NCBI GenBank assembly: GCA_965198355.1
Contig: CBDAPI010000012.1
Location: forward strand, 269,191 to 333,190
DNA length: 64,000 nucleotides
DNA from: Acidobacteriota bacterium
GTDB taxonomy: Bacteria > Acidobacteriota > UBA6911 > RPQK01 > CBDAPI01
Direction: 5' to 3'
Shown here: piece after piece, positions 10,911 through 21,966 of the stretch
How the letters are laid out: each line of letters opens with the position of its first letter
Numbering within the stretch: the stretch's first letter is position 1
Program-made: the position numbers and the translations under genes
Notes under the pieces: model-generated
What the model was told of the DNA's origin: nothing
Seen by the model: the letters and a program-made list of their open reading frames with translations, nothing else
The model's database searches: none

Positions 10911-12023
10911 TTGATCTACTATCTTCTCTCTTCTCTGCAGGACTACTTTTCTCCTCTCAACGTGGTCCGCTACATTACCTTTCGGACCGCTTACGCGTCT
11001 TTGACCGCCCTGCTCATCAGCGTTTTCCTGGGACCCTGGGTTATCCGCAAGCTGCGCGACTTTCAGATCGGCCAGTTCATCCGGGCGGAGGGGCCTGCCA
11101 GCCACCAGGCCAAGGCGGGTACCCCCACCATGGGAGGGCTGCTCATCATCATCAGCATTGTGCTGCCAACCCTTCTGTGGGCCGACCTGACGAACCTTTA
11201 CATCTGGATTGCTCTGTCCTCACTGGTGGTGTACGGGACGATCGGATTCATCGATGATTTCCTGAAGGTTTCGAAGCAGCGTAGCCTCGGGTTGCGAGCT
11301 CGAGACAAGCTGCTGCTCCAGTCTTTGGTAGCTCTTGGAATTGCCCTGACACTGGTTGTTTTGCACTCGCGACAACTCTACAGTACGGAACTCTCCGTCC
11401 CCTTTTTCAAGCAGTTCACGCCCGAACTCGATCTTGTGGTTCTGGGAGTTTCGACTTTTTTTCCGCTCATTGTATTCACCGTCCTGGTGCTGGTGGGGAG
11501 CAGTAACGCAGTCAATCTCACGGATGGCCTTGACGGCCTTGCTACCGGGCTGGTCATCGTTGCGGCTTCGGCCCTGACCGTGTTGACCTACGTGACGGGG
11601 CACGCCCAGTTCGCGACTTATCTGGATCTGATCAAGAACACCTATGCCAGCGAGTTGAGCATCTTCTGCGGGTCGATGGTGGGCGCCACGCTGGGATTCC
11701 TCTGGCACAATGCGCATCCGGCCCAGGTTTTCATGGGGGACGTCGGTTCCGAGTCGCTGGGCGGGGCCATCGGGACCGTGGCCGTCTTGATCAAACAGGA
11801 GCTGCTGCTCTTTTCGATCGGTGGCATCTTCGTAGTGGAGATCTTGTCGGTGATTTTCCAGGTCGGGTCCTTCAAGCTCTTCGGGAAGCGGCCCTTTCTG
11901 ATGGCCCCCATACACCATCATTTTGAACTGAAGGGGTGGACCGAGACTCAGGTCGTCGTGCGCTTCTGGATTGTGGGATTGGTTTTTGCGCTGTTCAGTC
12001 TCACCACCCTCAAGTTGAGATAG
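10911..12023 (+). CDS. mraY: Phospho-N-acetylmuramoyl-pentapeptide transferase
   Basis: KAGTPTMGG, NAVNLTDGLDGL, FMGDVGS, MAPIHHHFE. Confidence 0.97.
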   Translation: MIYYLLSSLQDYFSPLNVVRYITFRTAYASLTALLISVFLGPWVIRKLRDFQIGQFIRAEGPASHQAKAGTPTMGGLLIIISIVLPTLLWADLTNLYIWIALSSLVVYGTIGFIDDFLKVSKQRSLGLRARDKLLLQSLVALGIALTLVVLHSRQLYSTELSVPFFKQFTPELDLVVLGVSTFFPLIVFTVLVLVGSSNAVNLTDGLDGLATGLVIVAASALTVLTYVTGHAQFATYLDLIKNTYASELSIFCGSMVGATLGFLWHNAHPAQVFMGDVGSESLGGAIGTVAVLIKQELLLFSIGGIFVVEILSVIFQVGSFKLFGKRPFLMAPIHHHFELKGWTETQVVVRFWIVGLVFALFSLTTLKLR

Positions 12024-12027
12024 ATCC

Positions 12028-13404
12028 ATGCTTCAGCTTCGCCACAAACAGGTGCTGGTCGTAGGCCTGGCGCGGAGCGGTGTTGCGGCTGCCAACCTAC
12101 TGTTGTCGCAGGGCGCTCTGGTACGCGTCACAGATCACCTGAAGGCGGGAGACAGTTTCAGAGATGAGCTCACGAAGAAGCTTCAGGGAGAAGTCGAGGC
12201 CACTCTGGGCCGCCATCGAGTCGCCGACTTTCTTCAGGCCGATCTCATTATTCTGAGCCCGGGAGTCCCCCCAGACATAGATCCGCTTCAAAGAGCCCGA
12301 TCCGCGGGGGTTCCGATACTCGCAGAAGTGGAACTGGCTTTTCACTTTCTCTCCGGACCCATCATCGGCGTCACGGGCACGAATGGAAAAACGACCACGA
12401 CAACTCTCATCGGGCAGATGTTTCTAGACGCGCGCGCACCTGTGGCGGTGGCCGGCAATATTGGGACTCCACTCACAGAGATCGCCCTCCAGAAGCGGGG
12501 CCGGGGAACTACCTCGGTGGTTGAGTTGTCTTCTTTTCAGCTGGAGGGGATTCAAGACTTCCGCCCTCACATTGCCCTGATCCTCAACGTGACGTCGGAT
12601 CATCTGGATCGTCACGGAAGCCTGGAATCCTATACGCGGGCCAAGCGGCGGATTCTGCTGAATCAGACCGACAAGGACTGGGCGGTTCTCAATGCAGATG
12701 ATGAACGCTCTTCAGGCATGAGATCTGAGATCGCAGGAAGTGCCTGCTTATTCAGTCGGAGCCCCCTGCCGGAGGGCGTCTGTGTCGAGGGCGGGCAGAT
12801 TGTCATCAAGCAGAAGGGGGAGACGACCATCGTCATGCCGGCTTCAGAGATTGCCATGAAGGGAGAGCACAACCTGGAGAACGTGCTGGGAGCCACCTGT
12901 GCGGCTTATCTGTCCGGGCTTTCTGCCGGGGCCGCACGCCAAGCGATTCAGAACTTCAAAGGCGTCGAGCACCGGCTGGAGCGGGTTGCCGTTTACGACG
13001 GCGTGACTTACTACAATGACTCCAAGGCGACGAATGTGGAGTCGGCGAAAAGGGCCCTGCAGGCTTTTTCGAACCCCGTTGTCCTCATCATGGGTGGACA
13101 GGACAAGGGAGGAGATTTCGAGCAGCTTGCCGATCTGATAAAACAGCGTGTGCGACGGCTCATCCTGATCGGCGAAGCAGCTGGAAAGATAGGCAGGGTA
13201 GTGGGTTCATCAGCCGCTGTTTCGGAAGCTGCGGATCTGCAAGAAGCCGTTGTTCAAGCGAGTCGAGCGGCAAACACGGGGGACACGGTCTTACTGGCTC
13301 CCGGTTGTGCCAGCTTTGACATGTTCGATGACTACGAGCACCGGGGGCGGGAGTTCAAGGAAAGTGTCGCCCGCCTCATTCATCATGAGAAGTCAGGGAT
13401 TTGA
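12028..13404 (+). CDS. murD: UDP-MurNAc-L-Ala--D-Glu ligase
   Basis: GLARSG, GTNGKTTT, ELSSFQL, DHLDRH, NDSKATN, PGCASFD. Confidence 0.97.
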   Translation: MLQLRHKQVLVVGLARSGVAAANLLLSQGALVRVTDHLKAGDSFRDELTKKLQGEVEATLGRHRVADFLQADLIILSPGVPPDIDPLQRARSAGVPILAEVELAFHFLSGPIIGVTGTNGKTTTTTLIGQMFLDARAPVAVAGNIGTPLTEIALQKRGRGTTSVVELSSFQLEGIQDFRPHIALILNVTSDHLDRHGSLESYTRAKRRILLNQTDKDWAVLNADDERSSGMRSEIAGSACLFSRSPLPEGVCVEGGQIVIKQKGETTIVMPASEIAMKGEHNLENVLGATCAAYLSGLSAGAARQAIQNFKGVEHRLERVAVYDGVTYYNDSKATNVESAKRALQAFSNPVVLIMGGQDKGGDFEQLADLIKQRVRRLILIGEAAGKIGRVVGSSAAVSEAADLQEAVVQASRAANTGDTVLLAPGCASFDMFDDYEHRGREFKESVARLIHHEKSGI

Positions 13405-14507
13405 GAAATCGTGTTGCTGTCGACAAAACACTCCTGCTCTTGATTTTCGGGCTTCTGAGCTTTGGCCTGGTGATGGTCTTCAGCTCTTCGGCGGTGGCAA
13501 CGGGAAGCAGCAGTACGTTCTTTCGACAGGTCATTTTTATGGCTTTCGGACTCGCGGTCATGCTCGTGACCATGCGGGTAGACTACCGCTATTTCGGCAG
13601 CAAGCCCATCATTCTGGCGCTGCTGGCTCTGACCTACATTCTGCTGCTGGGAGCGCTGGCATCGCCGCCCATTAACAACGCCAATCGCTGGCTGGCGATC
13701 GGGCCATTCAGGGCTCAGCCGTCGGAATTGGCCAAACTGGTCGCCGTTCTCTTTACCTCCTATTTCTTCGCTCGGTATCAGGACGGCGAGCCGAACCGGC
13801 GCGAAGCGTTCACCTACTGTGCGATCTTGGGATCCATTCTGGGGCTCGTCCTGGTCCAGCCCGACTTTGGAACCGCGGCCTGCATCGCCTTCATCGCCGC
13901 TGTTCTGCTCTTCCTTTCCGGTCTTCGGCTTCGCTATTTTGCGATGGCCTTCCTGGCTTCGGTTCCATCTTTCTACCTGCTTGTCTACCGGGTGCCCTAC
14001 AGAAGAGATCGGATTCTGGCCTTCTTGAACCCGGAGGCCGATCCGCTGGGAACGGGTTATCAGATTCGTCAGAGCCTGATCGCCATTGGATCGGGCGGTC
14101 CTGGCGGACGTGGATTTGCTCAGGGCAATCAGAAGTTGTTCTTCCTGCCAGAGGCCCACAACGACTTCATTTTTTCGATCATCGGCGAGGAACTCGGTCT
14201 TCTCGGCGCTACGGTTCTGGTTGGGCTCGTCCTGCTTTTCTTTGCGAAAGGGGTGAAGATCTCACTTCGCTCGGACACACCCTTCGGGTCCCTTGCGGGG
14301 CTGGGCATTGTCATCATGATTGTGACTCAGGCACTGGTCAACATCAGCGTGGCGATGGGTCTTCTCCCAACCAAGGGAATCCCCCTGCCCTTTATTTCTG
14401 CCGGAGGATCGTCTCTGCTGGTGACGCTGGCTGCGGCCGGAATCCTTCTCAACATCTCGGCCCACTCCCGAAATCCGACCGATTCTCCCTGGTATGCGGA
14501 GGGATGA
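13401..14507 (+). CDS. ftsW: SEDS peptidoglycan glycosyltransferase FtsW
   Basis: QPSELAK, QPDFGT, GYQIRQS, LPEAHNDFIF, LPFISAGGSS. Confidence 0.95.
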   Translation: MRNRVAVDKTLLLLIFGLLSFGLVMVFSSSAVATGSSSTFFRQVIFMAFGLAVMLVTMRVDYRYFGSKPIILALLALTYILLLGALASPPINNANRWLAIGPFRAQPSELAKLVAVLFTSYFFARYQDGEPNRREAFTYCAILGSILGLVLVQPDFGTAACIAFIAAVLLFLSGLRLRYFAMAFLASVPSFYLLVYRVPYRRDRILAFLNPEADPLGTGYQIRQSLIAIGSGGPGGRGFAQGNQKLFFLPEAHNDFIFSIIGEELGLLGATVLVGLVLLFFAKGVKISLRSDTPFGSLAGLGIVIMIVTQALVNISVAMGLLPTKGIPLPFISAGGSSLLVTLAAAGILLNISAHSRNPTDSPWYAEG

Positions 14508-15616
14508 TGAGTGGCCAGGCGGAGCGGGGAGACAGGGCTAGCGGTCCAGGGGCTCCTCGGGTTCTATTTGCAGGAGGGGGGACGGGAGGTCACGTTTACA
14601 TGGCGGTAGCGCTAAGGCAGGAGCTAGAGAAGCGGGACCCCGGGTGCAGTGTCCTCTTCGTGGGTACCGAGAAAGGCCTGGAGAGCCGGATTCTGCCGCC
14701 CCACGACTTTCCTCTCGAAACGATACGGATCGGAGGACTGAACCGGGTGGATCCGTTGAGAATGGCTCGAAGCCTGGCTCAGCTTCCCGGCAGTCTGCTG
14801 CGATCCCTGCGGATCATCCGCAGCTTTCGACCCTGCGTGGTGGTGGGCCTGGGAGGCTACTCCTCGGGCCCGGTGATGGTGGCCGCCCGGCTGACTGGAT
14901 GCCCGGCCCTTTTGATCGAACCCAACATTTTTCCCGGTTTCACCAATCGTATCCTGGCGCGATGGGTCGCTCGGGCAGCGGTAGCCTTCGAGGAAACGAC
15001 TCGTTTTTTCGGCTCCAAGGCCGTGCTTACCGGCATCCCAATCCGCACACAGTTTCACCAGGTACCACCCTGGAAGCCGTCCGCTGAACCGCTGCGGGTT
15101 CTGGTCTTCGGCGGCAGCCGGGGGAGCCGCCCCATCAACCAGATAGTGTGCGATGCCCTGACCTCTCTACCTCCGGGTTTGAGAATTACTCATCAGACCG
15201 GTCGGGATGACGTCGAATGGGTGCGGCAGCGGTATCAGGCGGCAGGTGTTCAGGGCAGAGTCTTGGAGTATCTGGAGGACATGCCGGTTGAATTCACTGG
15301 GGCCGATCTGGTGATTTCCAGGGCCGGGGCCTCTACCGTGGCCGAGATTACAGCATCCGGGCGAGCCTCAATCTTGATTCCACTTCTAACCGCAGCAGAT
15401 GATCATCAACGAAAGAACGCGCTCTCCCTCGAGCAGCGAGGAGCCGCCCTGGTCAAGGAACAGACCGAGTTGGATGGCAAGGGGCTGGCACGTCTTCTCG
15501 CTCAACTCAACTCGGATCGAACCGGGCTTCAGCGAATGGCTGAGGCCTCCCGGCGCCTGGCCAGGCCCGACAGCGCTGAGCGCATCACCGACCTGGTGCA
15601 GGATCTTTGTCAATGA
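14504..15616 (+). CDS. murG: Lipid II GlcNAc transferase
   Basis: GGGTGGH, GGYSSGP, GGSRGS, SRAGASTVAE, DHQRKNA. Confidence 0.97.
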   Translation: MMSGQAERGDRASGPGAPRVLFAGGGTGGHVYMAVALRQELEKRDPGCSVLFVGTEKGLESRILPPHDFPLETIRIGGLNRVDPLRMARSLAQLPGSLLRSLRIIRSFRPCVVVGLGGYSSGPVMVAARLTGCPALLIEPNIFPGFTNRILARWVARAAVAFEETTRFFGSKAVLTGIPIRTQFHQVPPWKPSAEPLRVLVFGGSRGSRPINQIVCDALTSLPPGLRITHQTGRDDVEWVRQRYQAAGVQGRVLEYLEDMPVEFTGADLVISRAGASTVAEITASGRASILIPLLTAADDHQRKNALSLEQRGAALVKEQTELDGKGLARLLAQLNSDRTGLQRMAEASRRLARPDSAERITDLVQDLCQ

Positions 15617-16983
15617 GCGATTCCAGCTTCTTTGCAGGTCATCGTGTGGGCCCGGTTCATTTCGTGGGGATCGGTGGAATCGGCATGAGTGGACTGGCCC
15701 GGATCCTGGCCCAGAGCCATGTTCAAGTCTCCGGTTCCGATCAGCAGGAGGGAGAGGTGCTCGATTGCCTTCGGGGCCTTGGAGTCCGAGTCGAGATCGG
15801 TCACCGGGAAGAGAACCTCCCGGACTCAGGCCTGCTGGTCGTCTCGAGTGCGATTTCAGGGGACAATGTCGAACTCGAAGCCGCACGGAGAAGAGGGCTT
15901 CAGGTTCTTCACCGCTCCGAAATGCTGGCCGAGCTCCTGCGATACAGGGTTGGAATCGCCGTTTCAGGAACCCATGGGAAGACAACGACCTCTGCCATGA
16001 TTGCCACCCTCTTGAAGGAGGTCGGTCTCGACCCCACTGCCATCGTGGGAGCGCGCCTGACCAATCTCGGGACCAACGCTGTTCTGGGCTCCGGGCCCCA
16101 TCTGGTGTGCGAGGCAGACGAGAGTGATCGAAGCTTTCTGAACGTGCCGGCTGTTCTCAAGATTGTGACCAACATTGATGCGGACCATATGGACGTTTAT
16201 CGGGATCTGGAAGATCTAGAGAATGCGTTTCTGCAGTTCATGAACTCGGTTCCGTTCTACGGCCTTGTCATCGCCTGCCGGGACGATCCCGGGCTCCGGG
16301 ATCTCATCAAAAAAGTTCACCGTCGAGTGTTAACTTACGGCCTGGATGAAGACGCCGACGTGTCGGCGAAACACTTGGAAACTAAGGCTTTCGGCACCGC
16401 TTTCACCTGTTTCCACGGAGGACGGGAACTGGGCAGAGCGGAGCTTCATGTTCCCGGTAGACACAACGTCCAGAATGCTCTGGCGGCAGTTGCCATCGGT
16501 TTACGGTTGGAAGTCCCTTTTGAGAGGGTGGCCGAGGCTCTGGCCTGCTTTCAGGGGACCGAAAGGCGCCAGCAGTTCAAAGGTGAACGAGACGGAGTCG
16601 CCGTGATCGATGACTATGGACATCACCCTACGGAGATCCGAGCCACGCTGGACAGCCTGGGAGAATTCGGTCAAAGGACCATCGTCGTATACCAGCCCCA
16701 CCGATACAGCCGGACGGAATACCTGATGGATCGGATGGGGAATTGCTTTGAAGCCGCAGACCGGCTTTTCGTCATGGGAATCTATGCCGCCGGAGAGGAG
16801 CCGATTCCCGGAGTCGATTCCAAGGAGCTTGTGGATCGGATTCGCAGGAGCCGCGAAGCCACCCTGGTCGAGGAGCCGGCCGCCATGGTTCGCATCCTGG
16901 AGCAGGAGACTAAGCCGGGTGATCTCGTCGTCACGATGGGTGCAGGGGACGTCTGGAAGGTGGGGGATGAGTTTCTTGGCTAA
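15613..16983 (+). CDS. murC: UDP-MurNAc--L-Ala ligase
   Basis: GIGGIGMSG, GTHGKTTT, EADESD, DDYGHHPTE, QPHRYSR. Confidence 0.97.
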   Translation: MSDSSFFAGHRVGPVHFVGIGGIGMSGLARILAQSHVQVSGSDQQEGEVLDCLRGLGVRVEIGHREENLPDSGLLVVSSAISGDNVELEAARRRGLQVLHRSEMLAELLRYRVGIAVSGTHGKTTTSAMIATLLKEVGLDPTAIVGARLTNLGTNAVLGSGPHLVCEADESDRSFLNVPAVLKIVTNIDADHMDVYRDLEDLENAFLQFMNSVPFYGLVIACRDDPGLRDLIKKVHRRVLTYGLDEDADVSAKHLETKAFGTAFTCFHGGRELGRAELHVPGRHNVQNALAAVAIGLRLEVPFERVAEALACFQGTERRQQFKGERDGVAVIDDYGHHPTEIRATLDSLGEFGQRTIVVYQPHRYSRTEYLMDRMGNCFEAADRLFVMGIYAAGEEPIPGVDSKELVDRIRRSREATLVEEPAAMVRILEQETKPGDLVVTMGAGDVWKVGDEFLG

Positions 16984-17815
16984 GACAACGACCAAAAACC
17001 GCAATCGTGAAAACTTGAGGAGGGCGGCTCGCCTGACCGCCCGCGTAGCTCTGGTTGTTGCTCTCGTCTCAACCGTCCTCTACGGAGTCCTCCTGTTTAA
17101 CGATCTGACCACGTCCGCCCGAACCTTTCATTTGCAGACGGTGACTTTCCGGGGGCTCGAACATGCCGACGAAGGCCGCCTTCAACAACTTGTGCAACAT
17201 GTTGTCTCGACCAATGTTCTGACCGTGAGGCTCTCAGAAATACGCGAAAGGGTTGAATCAGAGGCCTGGGTGCGGTCAGCCGTGGTTCGAAGAAGGCTGC
17301 CGAATCAGCTCGAGGTTTATGTGCAGGAGCGGACTCCTGAAGCCGTGGCGGCCATCGACGGGGAACTGACAATCGTCGATCCGGAAGGTGTTGCCCTGGC
17401 GCCCTTCGGGCCCGGGTTTCAGTACCTAGACAGGCCCATCGTGAAAGGGCTGCTGAGCCCGCCTGTTGAGGGGGCTCGGGCCTCCAACACCCGGCGCATG
17501 CAGGTCTATCGTCGCATCCTCGATGAATTGGACGCAGGGGATCAGGACTACAGTGGAAGTATTTCCGAGGTAGACGTCGGCGACGTCAGCCGGGTCAAGG
17601 TGATCCCCTCCCGGGAACCAGTCCCGGTGCTCCTGGGTGAAGGCGATTTCCTGAGGCGGTACGAGACCTTCATCTCCCGGATGGATCTGGTTCAGGAAGT
17701 GAAGAGCAAGCACGGGAGAATCGACTGGATCGATGTGACGTTCGACAATCGAATCATCATCCACACTCCAAGAGGGAAGGATCGGTCGCCGGTGGAAGTT
17801 CAGGATTCGGATTAG
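16967..17815 (+). CDS. ftsQ: Cell division protein FtsQ/DivIB
   Basis: TM helix followed by POTRA (WVRSAVVRRRLPNQLEVYVQER); between murC and ftsA; start inferred at 16967. Confidence 0.85.
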   Translation: MSFLAKTTTKNRNRENLRRAARLTARVALVVALVSTVLYGVLLFNDLTTSARTFHLQTVTFRGLEHADEGRLQQLVQHVVSTNVLTVRLSEIRERVESEAWVRSAVVRRRLPNQLEVYVQERTPEAVAAIDGELTIVDPEGVALAPFGPGFQYLDRPIVKGLLSPPVEGARASNTRRMQVYRRILDELDAGDQDYSGSISEVDVGDVSRVKVIPSREPVPVLLGEGDFLRRYETFISRMDLVQEVKSKHGRIDWIDVTFDNRIIIHTPRGKDRSPVEVQDSD

Positions 17816-17826
17816 GTCACCTCGCT

Positions 17827-19068
17827 ATGGGAAGAAAGCACCGACTGATTGCCGGAATTGATATCGGGACAACCAAAATTTGTGCAGTAGTCGCTGCGGC
17901 CGACGCGCCAAGGCTGCGAGTACTGGGCTCAGGAACCGTGCCCTCCGCGGGTCTTCGCAAGGGGATTGTCATCAATCTGTCAGAGACCATTGACAGCATT
18001 CGAGCAGCCCTGGAGTTGGCCGAAGAGCGATCCAAAACGGTTGTGGAATCCGCCTATGTGAGTCTCGGAAGCTCTTATCTACGGGGAGTGAATCGGTCCG
18101 GGACGACCGAGGTGCGGGGGCGCAACAATGAGATCACCTCCGAGGATATCCAGCGCTCCATAGCCGCCGCACGGGAGATGGAGATCGCCGATGGGTACGA
18201 GGTGATCCATGTTCTGACCCAGAAATTCAAAGTCGACGGCCAGGACGGGATTGACGATCCCAAAGGCATGTACGGTCGCGAGCTCTCAGTCAATCTCCAC
18301 CTGGTAGTGACGGCGTCGTCGGTGCTTCAAAACATCGTCAACGCCGTCAACAAGGCGGGCGTGGCGGCCGATGGCGTTGTCATGCAACAGCTGGCCTCTG
18401 CCGAATCGATCCTGAGCAACGACGAGAAGGAACTGGGGGCCTTTCTGGTCGACATCGGGGGCGGCACCACGGATCTGGCTGTCTACAGCCAGGGTGCCAT
18501 CTGGCACTCGGAGGTCATTCCCCTGGGTGGGAACCTGATCACTAAGGACATAGCTATCGGAACGAAAGCCCCGATTTCCGAGGCCGAACAGGTAAAAAAA
18601 GCGGTGGGAAGTGTTTTCCCGGAAAGCGTTCCCGTCGAGGAACTTGTGGAGATTACAGAGGTTGGCTCGGGTCGCGAGAAAACGATCCAACGGCAGCTAG
18701 TTTGCCGAATCATTCAGGCACGCTGTGACGAGCTCCTGAATCGGGTGGCCAGAATCACCCAGGCTGTAGGGGTGAACAACGAGCTTGCAACCGGTGTGGT
18801 GCTGACGGGCGGCGGGGCCATGCTGGACGGCTTTCGGGACCGAGCCGAGAAGATCCTTAGAATGCCGGTGCGGATCGGATATCCAGTGAACCTGGTGGGA
18901 TCGGATCACGACATCTATCACCCCGCTTTCTGCACGGCCCTTGGTCTTCTTCGCTACGCACACGAGCTGAGAAAAGAGGTTCCTTCGACCCGGGCGAAAC
19001 CCGTCTACGGTCGGTCCAAGGCGAGAACGGATCGAATGAAGAGATGGCTCCTGGAGACAATCTCATGA
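17827..19068 (+). CDS. ftsA: Cell division protein FtsA
   Basis: GIDIGTTKI, DIGGGTTD, VLTGGGA, C-terminal amphipathic helix. Confidence 0.97.
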   Translation: MGRKHRLIAGIDIGTTKICAVVAAADAPRLRVLGSGTVPSAGLRKGIVINLSETIDSIRAALELAEERSKTVVESAYVSLGSSYLRGVNRSGTTEVRGRNNEITSEDIQRSIAAAREMEIADGYEVIHVLTQKFKVDGQDGIDDPKGMYGRELSVNLHLVVTASSVLQNIVNAVNKAGVAADGVVMQQLASAESILSNDEKELGAFLVDIGGGTTDLAVYSQGAIWHSEVIPLGGNLITKDIAIGTKAPISEAEQVKKAVGSVFPESVPVEELVEITEVGSGREKTIQRQLVCRIIQARCDELLNRVARITQAVGVNNELATGVVLTGGGAMLDGFRDRAEKILRMPVRIGYPVNLVGSDHDIYHPAFCTALGLLRYAHELRKEVPSTRAKPVYGRSKARTDRMKRWLLETIS

Positions 19069-19117
19069 ACTGGCCGGAGCTCAAAAAACATATTGAAACC
19101 TGCTTAAGGAGAGAACT

Positions 19118-20284
19118 GTGAGTCGACTGAGTTTCGATGAAAAAACGATCAAGCTGGCCTTCGAAGAAGGCCCCCTCAACGGTGCGCGCATCAAGGTGAT
19201 TGGAATCGGCGGAGCGGGATGCAATGCCGTGAATCGCATGATTGAGGCCGGCATTGAAGGTGTCGAATTTATCGCGGCGAATACCGACATGCAGGCTCTT
19301 CGTCTGTGTCACGCCCCGATGAAAGTTCAGCTCGGTACCAAATTGACCAAGGGTCTGGGGGCGGGGGCCAATCCGGATATCGGTCGACAGGCCGCCCTTG
19401 AGGACACCGAGAAGATCATCGAGCTGCTGGAAGGCGTAGACATGGTTTTCGTGACCGTAGGACTTGGCGGCGGCACAGGAGGAGGAGGTGCTCCCATAGC
19501 GGCGAGTCTGGCTACCGAGCTCGGCGCGCTGACCGTAGCGGTCGTCACCAAGCCATTTGAGTTCGAAGGCAAGAAGAGGCTTCTGCATGCCGACCGTGCT
19601 CTCGAAGAGCTGAAGGGATGTGCGGACACGGTGATCACGATTCCGAATCAACGCCTTCTGGACACAGTCCCGGAAGGTACCTCGCTGGCCGACGCTTTCA
19701 AGTTTGCGGACGACGTTCTTCGCCAGGCCGTGCAGGGGATTAGTGATCTCATCACGGTTCCCGGTGTGATCAATCTGGACTTCGCAGATGTCAGGACCAT
19801 CATGACCGACATGGGCTTGGCACTGATGGGAACCGGGGTCGGTTCGGGTGAAGACCGGGCCGTGGAGGCAGCCAGGAATGCCATTTCCAGTCCCCTTCTG
19901 GAGGACACGACCATCCGGGGTGCTCAGGGCGTCCTGATCAACGTGACGGGTAGCGAATCCATCACGCTGCACGAGGTGAGTGAGGCCAGCCGCATCATCC
20001 AGGAGTCAGCTCATCCGGATGCCAACATTATTTTCGGATCCGTTTTTGACGAGGGGATTGAAGACAACATCAAAATCACGGTGATCGCGACCGGTTCTGA
20101 TCAACTCGGGTTCGAGAAATCCTGTCCGGAAGAGAGTTTTGACCAAGTTCAACCTGTTCCAGGAAATTTCGGATCGTCGACCGAATCACAGGTCCGGCGC
20201 TTTGAGGTTTCCGAGCACGGGGGCCCTGATCAGGAAAGAGACCTGGAGGTCCCAACCTACTATCGCAACCGACTCGGTCCCTAG
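19118..20284 (+). CDS. ftsZ: Cell division protein FtsZ
   Basis: [33 protein letters not shown]-terminal LEVPTYYR. Confidence 0.98.
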   Translation: MSRLSFDEKTIKLAFEEGPLNGARIKVIGIGGAGCNAVNRMIEAGIEGVEFIAANTDMQALRLCHAPMKVQLGTKLTKGLGAGANPDIGRQAALEDTEKIIELLEGVDMVFVTVGLGGGTGGGGAPIAASLATELGALTVAVVTKPFEFEGKKRLLHADRALEELKGCADTVITIPNQRLLDTVPEGTSLADAFKFADDVLRQAVQGISDLITVPGVINLDFADVRTIMTDMGLALMGTGVGSGEDRAVEAARNAISSPLLEDTTIRGAQGVLINVTGSESITLHEVSEASRIIQESAHPDANIIFGSVFDEGIEDNIKITVIATGSDQLGFEKSCPEESFDQVQPVPGNFGSSTESQVRRFEVSEHGGPDQERDLEVPTYYRNRLGP

Positions 20285-20316
20285 CAGCCCGTGGGACTTC
20301 CACCACCGGCTGCTAG
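20281..20316. repeat. 36-bp palindromic REP-like element (family A)
   Basis: CTAGCAGCCCGTGGGACTTCCACCACCGGCTGCTAG; related copies at 29130, 34965, 37943 (deleted form), 46649 and 59842. Confidence 0.75.
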
Positions 20317-21966
20317 CCCGGATTATGCAAGAACCGTAATCCGCTGTTGAAAAAGGGCTCGAGAAGTGGCCCAACTCGGAAGCGGGCAGTTGTGACAGGC
20401 GGATTTGCGAAGAATATCGGTTGGCGAGGCGTTTGAGTGGTTGGGGGAGTGAATTTCAGACAGATCTGGGCCTGGATGAGTGTCGGAAGCGGTTTTTCGG
20501 GGAACTGGGAGAAGCTAGCTGGAGTTCAGGCGACTCAAGACGAGGTGAAAGAGGGGTTGTTCGGGAAAGGCTGAGGAAAGATGGACCCAGATGCGTCGAG
20601 TGGTTTGTCGGATCCGGGCCCCGATCTTGAGGACACGACGACGTAAGGTTTCGATTTCGAGCTTGTGCCAGGGGGTTCCGTGCAGATAGTCGCGCAGGCG
20701 CACGAACATCTGGTAAGCCAGTGCATGCAGGAGGAGTCGAAACTGGTTGGCCAGGAATCGATGACAGCTGAGTCGGTCCATGCTCAGATGATTCTTAAAG
20801 GCCTTGATGAAGTTCTCGGTCTGCCCTCGGTCGGTGTAGTGGTCATAAAGTGATTGGGAGCAGAGATCGTCCCGGTTGGTGACCACAAAGCGACGATTGA
20901 TCCCGCGCTGATCGACCTCCACTTTGACAATGACGCGACGGGATCGATCCCAGCTGTTGGCTCGATAAAGAAACTCGTCAAACTGACGCTGTTTTTCCTC
21001 CCGCTCAACGAACCTTTCCCGAGTCGAATCCAGCAGGGGCTCGACCACTCGCTGCAGGCGAGGGTTGCGACTTAACCCAATGACATATTGGAGTTGATTC
21101 TCTTCACCTTCACAGAACTCGTAGAGCCGAGGCGTGGCAAAGCCGCTGTCGGCCCGAATCTCAATCTCGACATCCGTCCCCACTGCTTGTCGGATGGCCT
21201 CCACGACGCGCTTCAGAATGGGCACGATGTGAGAGGCAGCCCCCTTGTTGCCAGGTCTCAACACGGCACAGACCAGGTCTCCCGTGGCGGCATCGAAGAT
21301 CAGCAAAGGATGCAGAATGTGGTTTCGGTAATACCCGTGGTAGAAGGCGAACTCCTGTTGGCCGTGAGTGTGGTCGTCGGTACTGTCCAGATCCAGGATG
21401 ATCTTGGCGGGACGTCTCTTCTTCAGGGAGCGCACATAACGGCGTAGCAGCCACCGGCTCAGACGCATCAGATCCTTCTTGGTGACGGAGTTCTCCAAGC
21501 GGGAGAAAGTCGGCTGGGTGGCCAAATCGGGATCGCTCTCGGGCAACTGATCACAGACTGTCTTGAGCATCGGATCCGAGCGCAGCGTATCGGCGTCATT
21601 ACAGTCTTCGTAGCCGGCCACGATCTGCAACACTCGTTGTCGGATCAACTTCAACAGGTCATGACGAATGTAGCGTCGGTCCCGGCTTTCCGCAATACAC
21701 GAACTGAAGCCCTCGCACAATCGATGTTGCCGATCCAGCGATCCAAACAACAACCATCCTGCGTCGGAAGTGAGGCTCCCCCCATCAAAACGAGCTGTGA
21801 TGTCTCTGTGGCTGTGAAATGGCAGGGTATTCTGGCAGACTGTTTTCAACATAGCCGTAGCTCCTGTTTAGGGTTGTTTTTATGTAAACCCTTTTATATC
21901 AGAGAGCTACGGCTTTTTTTCTGGACCCAAATCTCACTCGGATTCAGATCTCTTGCATAATCCGGG
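20317..21966 (-). mobile_element. IS1380-family insertion sequence, copy 1 (1650 bp)
   Basis: 16-bp terminal IRs CCCGGATTATGCAAGA; CTAG duplicated at 20313-20316 and 21967-21970. Confidence 0.95.
20515..21852 (-). CDS. IS1380-family DDE transposase
   Basis: FDGGSLTSDAG, GYEDCNDAD, SRLEN, LDLDST, RADSGF, RGQTENFIK. Confidence 0.95.
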   Translation of the reverse strand: MLKTVCQNTLPFHSHRDITARFDGGSLTSDAGWLLFGSLDRQHRLCEGFSSCIAESRDRRYIRHDLLKLIRQRVLQIVAGYEDCNDADTLRSDPMLKTVCDQLPESDPDLATQPTFSRLENSVTKKDLMRLSRWLLRRYVRSLKKRRPAKIILDLDSTDDHTHGQQEFAFYHGYYRNHILHPLLIFDAATGDLVCAVLRPGNKGAASHIVPILKRVVEAIRQAVGTDVEIEIRADSGFATPRLYEFCEGEENQLQYVIGLSRNPRLQRVVEPLLDSTRERFVEREEKQRQFDEFLYRANSWDRSRRVIVKVEVDQRGINRRFVVTNRDDLCSQSLYDHYTDRGQTENFIKAFKNHLSMDRLSCHRFLANQFRLLLHALAYQMFVRLRDYLHGTPWHKLEIETLRRRVLKIGARIRQTTRRIWVHLSSAFPEQPLFHLVLSRLNSS

